A stretch of DNA of 64,000 bases, taken from NCBI GenBank assembly GCA_051362555.1, contig CM120641.1, forward strand, positions 35,718,401 to 35,782,400, written 5' to 3'. The notes below the pieces were generated by a model, which did no database searches, was not told where the DNA came from, and saw only the letters and a program-made list of their open reading frames with translations. The position numbers and the translations under genes were made by a program. The stretch is from Lingula anatina. Its lineage: Eukaryota; Animalia; Brachiopoda. This document shows, in pieces, positions 59,801 through 64,000 of the stretch (positions within the stretch are counted from its first letter, which is position 1; every line of letters starts with the position of its first letter).

Positions 59801-62800
59801 GAGATATCTCAACTTCTTGTCCACCTTCTATATACATGTATGATTTACTTGATTTCTGTCTTTCCTTTTTTTCCCCAATATCTACCAAAGCTTATTTAAA
59901 GCATACATCAATGTGAACTCTATAAGCATTCGCCGTAAAATACATGAACACAAACACGTACATCCCGGGTTTTAGAGAGGTATTTGGAAAGTTATTTGAA
60001 GTTATCTGTGTGTAATTCCTGCAGTGATTTTTTTTTTCATTTTAGTGATTTTAATTGGTAAATACAAACTTGTGCAACAATTTTTTGTCAAGCAGCCACG
60101 TAAGCTAGGTGCGTATGCAGTCTGCGGTCGGTAAGGTGGACAAGCGAGCGGGGTTTTTCATTTGGATTATCTACACAGGACGTGGCAGTGTGCCAGAAAA
60201 TAATCGGTTATTTCTGATCTTTTCACGAGGTGGACATCTTGTAGAATTCCTTAAAACCCAACGTACGGGTTGCTACGTCTGGTCTACGGCCCAAAAAAAG
60301 GGGAAAACGTGGGATTTCGTGCCTAAGGTGCACGCCCATCGTGCAACTTTTGGGAGGCGTAGACAGGACGTCGAAAATTTTTGACATCATCAACGGCCGC
60401 TGCGTGCAGTCTACGAAATCTCAAAAAATGAAGAGTACGACATGCGAACGTATAGCGTTCGCCTGTCGTGCGCCTGTCGTATGGAACACGTGAGGAACTT
60501 CTTTATTCCCACTGCGGTTGGGGGGCTACGGCGCGTGCGATGCACGTGGTTAAACCGTACGATAAATGTACTTATTTCTTTCTCACTCCGTGCTCACTCC
60601 GCACTTCCACGCGCCCACAGTGAGGACCTCACGGGCTTCGTGCATGTTGAGTGAGTAGTGGTCACGGACCATGCGTTTGAAAGGAGATGAATGCAAGATA
60701 AAGGATCGTTTCAGCCTTGAATTTCAAGTTTGAAAAATGCCTTAAAAGACAACAAAGGGAAAGAGTGGGGAGGGGGACCGGGGACATGCCAGGCAAGCAG
60801 TGAGGCATCAAGGGGCATAAAAGAAAAAAGAGAGAGGTCCAAAAAAATCTCTCAACACACAAGACTCGCGTTCAAAGGACGAGCAGTAACCGTAGAAAGT
60901 CAGCAAGACTGCCCTACGTCCACTTGCGTTGCCCTTGCGTTGCCCATACTCATAGTACGGATGATGTACGTAATGCACGGTTTGTACTTTGCGCGCGAGA
61001 CACGTTCGAAAGCCCGTCACGTGCAGCAGGTACTTCTGACGTGCGGAGGCTGTGCTTCTCACGTACTTTCCACGCACTTGCGCACACCTTGCAATCACCA
61101 ATTACTTGATTCCTTCCCTGCGATGTAGCTACGGCCCAGCCAGAAGAGAGGAACCTAAAAAACGAAGACCCAGAAGACGGCCTCAATCCACCTCTGGATC
61201 ATGCGTGCAATATGGGATATACAAACTGTATAATGTGCTTTTCAAAGCCAAGCAATAGAACTTGACCTCCTCACTTTTGGCTGAATGGGGAACAAAAGGG
61301 GGGAGGGGTAACAAATTACAAAAAAAGACCTCGCTTTATGAAGACGGTCAGATTTTCTATTATAGAGAACCACGTTGTTTTGAAAAATCCCAAATAACGG
61401 GTTTTGATTTTACATACTTTACAATACAGCAAAATGTAAAAATGATGGAAGATAGACAATGCCAAAGAAGCAAATAATATGTCAAGAGTGAAAGTTTTGT
61501 TATTTAAGGCTTGCTCATACCGTGTACTGCATTTGCTCGAACGCTTCAATGCCCCGTATCATTAAAAGGATCCTGATGTGTATTCCGTGTTTGACCTTTA
61601 ATAATTATTTCCAGTGGCTTTTAAAAGAAGTTTCCTTCTGATTCGTTATGAATAAAGTTAAAAGGTGGAAAAATGTTAGTTTATGCCTCTAGTTATTATT
61701 ATTATTATTATTATTATTATTTATTTATTATTTATTTATTAATTTTTTGTGAATTTCAGCTTTTTCAATTAAATCCTCTGCTCAAATACAAGCCAAGAAA
61801 TCACCAAACAGATCATTTTACCAAGCCAACGTGTGTCTCTCAAAAAAAAAACTATTTTCGAAATAGTTGATATCATTACCTGTAAGACCTACACTTCAAA
61901 TTATTTTGTTCGGCTGAAAAAAAAAAACAGAATTTCCACCCTGTTATAAGGTTACATTGCACAAACTGTATTTTGCAATGTGAATGAGTTAGCGTGTGGT
62001 CGCGGTTTCTTTCCTGTGGTTATTGATGTCTGTTTTATTCGGTGGCTATGGGTTTTACACAAGGCAGTGGCCTAAGAGATAACAGTTTCGTCCTGGAATC
62101 CAGTCACCCATGCTTGGTTAGGTCAAAGACGCACTTAAAAGTTAAAAACATTAAAAGTGGATGGATTAAGAAACTAACGCTTATGCACGTGTGAAATAAG
62201 AATGAAAATAAATAAAACGTTACCGTCTGTATGTTTTGTGATTAGAAAGGGTTAAAATGTAATGACACAAATAAAGATTCACATAGGTTTGCAATTGCCT
62301 AATATTGTGTTATTAAGAATATCTACTCATTTCTGTTATTGCATATTTAAGAGAAACTAGCATAAATTCTCATTAAGCATATATTTTAAATTTTTTTTCA
62401 AACCTTACGTTTTACGGGGTGAGTGCAGACAAGCTTTAAGTACTACTTTCTGACTCTCTAAGAGCGCATTCTGAACAAGATGATCCGCCGACTAAATATG
62501 GCCGACCCCACTTCAAACGCGATGGCGCTGATTCCCGTTGGTCTCCCCGCCTGCGAAAACGTCAATAAAGTGATCAGATCTCGGCTCAGAGGCTTAATTG
62601 CTAGGCCCCTGCAGCAACGGCGCGTGTGGAGGCGGGAAGACCATCATGGAATTAGCGGCAATGCTTTTGAAGTGGGATCGGCCATAATTAATTTGTGGGA
62701 TCAGTTAGTCCTCGGATCATCTGTTCTGAATGCGCCCTAAATACTCTGTTACAATATGTTTAAAGGATTAGTCAGACCGTCAGAATGGCGTGAACGGAGC

Positions 62801-63489
62801 ATATTCTTCGGAAAACATGCCCAACTAATTCATTCTGCAACCAAAGCGATGCTTGTGTCTTCTTTTCATGACCGTAGTTTCATGGTCACACAAAGAACGC
62901 AGAAAGGACTCCGTCCAGTGTAAAGGCCTCTCCCCCCCCTCCCCCCCCAAAAAAAAACAGTTTCTTTTAATTTCAAAATAAATTATTTTAAGGCAAATAA
63001 TTCCATCAACGAGTCATTGTAACAGCATGTTGTAATCGGTGTTAAAACAAATTAATTTTTGTACCCCGCTTTTCAGTGTTCATCGTGGTGCTTTCATCAG
63101 GGATATCTCAGGTTGAGGTTATAAATACGTCGCTAGCCTAATTCCATACGTTGCTTGAATATATTAAAGTACATGAATAGCTTTGTAAAGTCCCTATTGA
63201 CACACATCATAAATATTCAATTTTGTCTTGAATGAAAAAAATGCCCTCAAATTATCGTTTTGTGCTTAAACCTTTCATAACCTGATATTGATATTGATTT
63301 GATATACAGTGTACTGTACGAAAGTAGCTACTATGACACTCCTCAAGTTGGGTCTGCTGGGGGGAGGGGCATTAAAATGATAAATGAGGAAGTCTACCTG
63401 TGAAAGCAGCAGCAGGGGTTTAAATGATCGCTATCTCTGTTCCTTTCTCTTTGACAGCAACGTAGTTAGTTTATTTCCTATTATTGTCA

Positions 63490-63690
63490 GGGCAAATCGT
63501 GCTGAGATATTCTGGATGCGTTGTAATCTTTTGATCTTATCATCTGGACATCCATGTAATACAGAATTACAATAGTCCAACCTGGAAGTTACCAATGAGT
63601 GTATAACAGTAGCAGCAGATGATTGATTCAGATATTTCCTTATGGTGCCAATATTCCGAATGTTGAATATACAAGACCTTGTGGTGCTGG
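63490..63690 (-). mobile_element. L2/CR1-group LINE reverse transcriptase C-terminal fragment
   Basis: CIFNIRNIGTIRKYL…VIHSLVTSRLDYCNSVLHG…KRLQRIQNISAR, the characteristic post-RT SRLDYCN motif. Confidence 0.85.
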
Positions 63691-64000
63691 AGATCTGTGT
63701 CCCCCCCAAGCAATCAATTGTCATGGTTACAAATTAAACCCGGGGGGGCTTAAAAAATAGTCCAGAAGAGTGTACATTTTGTACAGTGTATCTTGTGTGC
63801 ACTTTGCGATCACTCAAGCTTGACAGCAGCAATCAAGCAATCAATTGTCATGGTTACAAATTAAACGCAATTCCCATCCTTCAGAACAAAATCCGTCTAT
63901 ATTTCAAAATTGAAAACTGATCATCTAAGTTTATCTTCACGAAAGAAGGATGTACAACTACAGCAAGCAACCAAGATTTTTGTGTGTGTTGTTGTGTCGC

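Noticed and set aside
60109-61258. Cluster of overlapping ORFs in a GC-richer stretch
   Set aside because: No recognisable domain or splice pattern. The CACGTG/CGTG-rich, partly self-complementary sequence looks like non-autonomous transposon interior.
63706-63866. ~32-bp direct repeat (AAGCAATCAATTGTCATGGTTACAAATTAAAC) as LTRs
   Set aside because: Too short, lacks TG…CA ends and a PBS/PPT. It is more likely a local duplication beside the truncated LINE.

Overview
AT-rich, intron-containing animal (invertebrate, probably lophotrochozoan) genomic DNA. The ORF track mostly shows exon fragments and noise. Splicing the exons by hand reveals a four-gene cluster of cell-surface proteins built as signal peptide + one non-canonical C-type-lectin-like domain (CTLD) + a stalk of sushi/CCP domains. 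Genes A (5'-truncated) and B lie on the + strand, have 3 CCPs and end in a GPI-anchor-type signal. Genes C (5 CCPs) and D (11 CCPs) lie on the - strand and end in a transmembrane helix plus a short basic tail. Every CCP is one phase-1/phase-1 exon. The cluster shows exon duplication (A/B), exon loss with a leftover stub (C), an apparent swap of a B-type lectin head onto a D-type stalk (C), a 67-bp minisatellite made of an exon end plus splice donor, and a coding-like segment hidden in an intron. The rest is repeat-rich: a 4.5-kb TTAA-flanked long-TIR DNA transposon built from two 5' ends, a decayed Tc1 transposase, LINE fragments, Helentron-associated elements, many MITEs and a decayed LDLa-LRR (GRL101-like) gene. 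No rRNA, tRNA or CRISPR was seen. All gene models are manual and lack transcript support.
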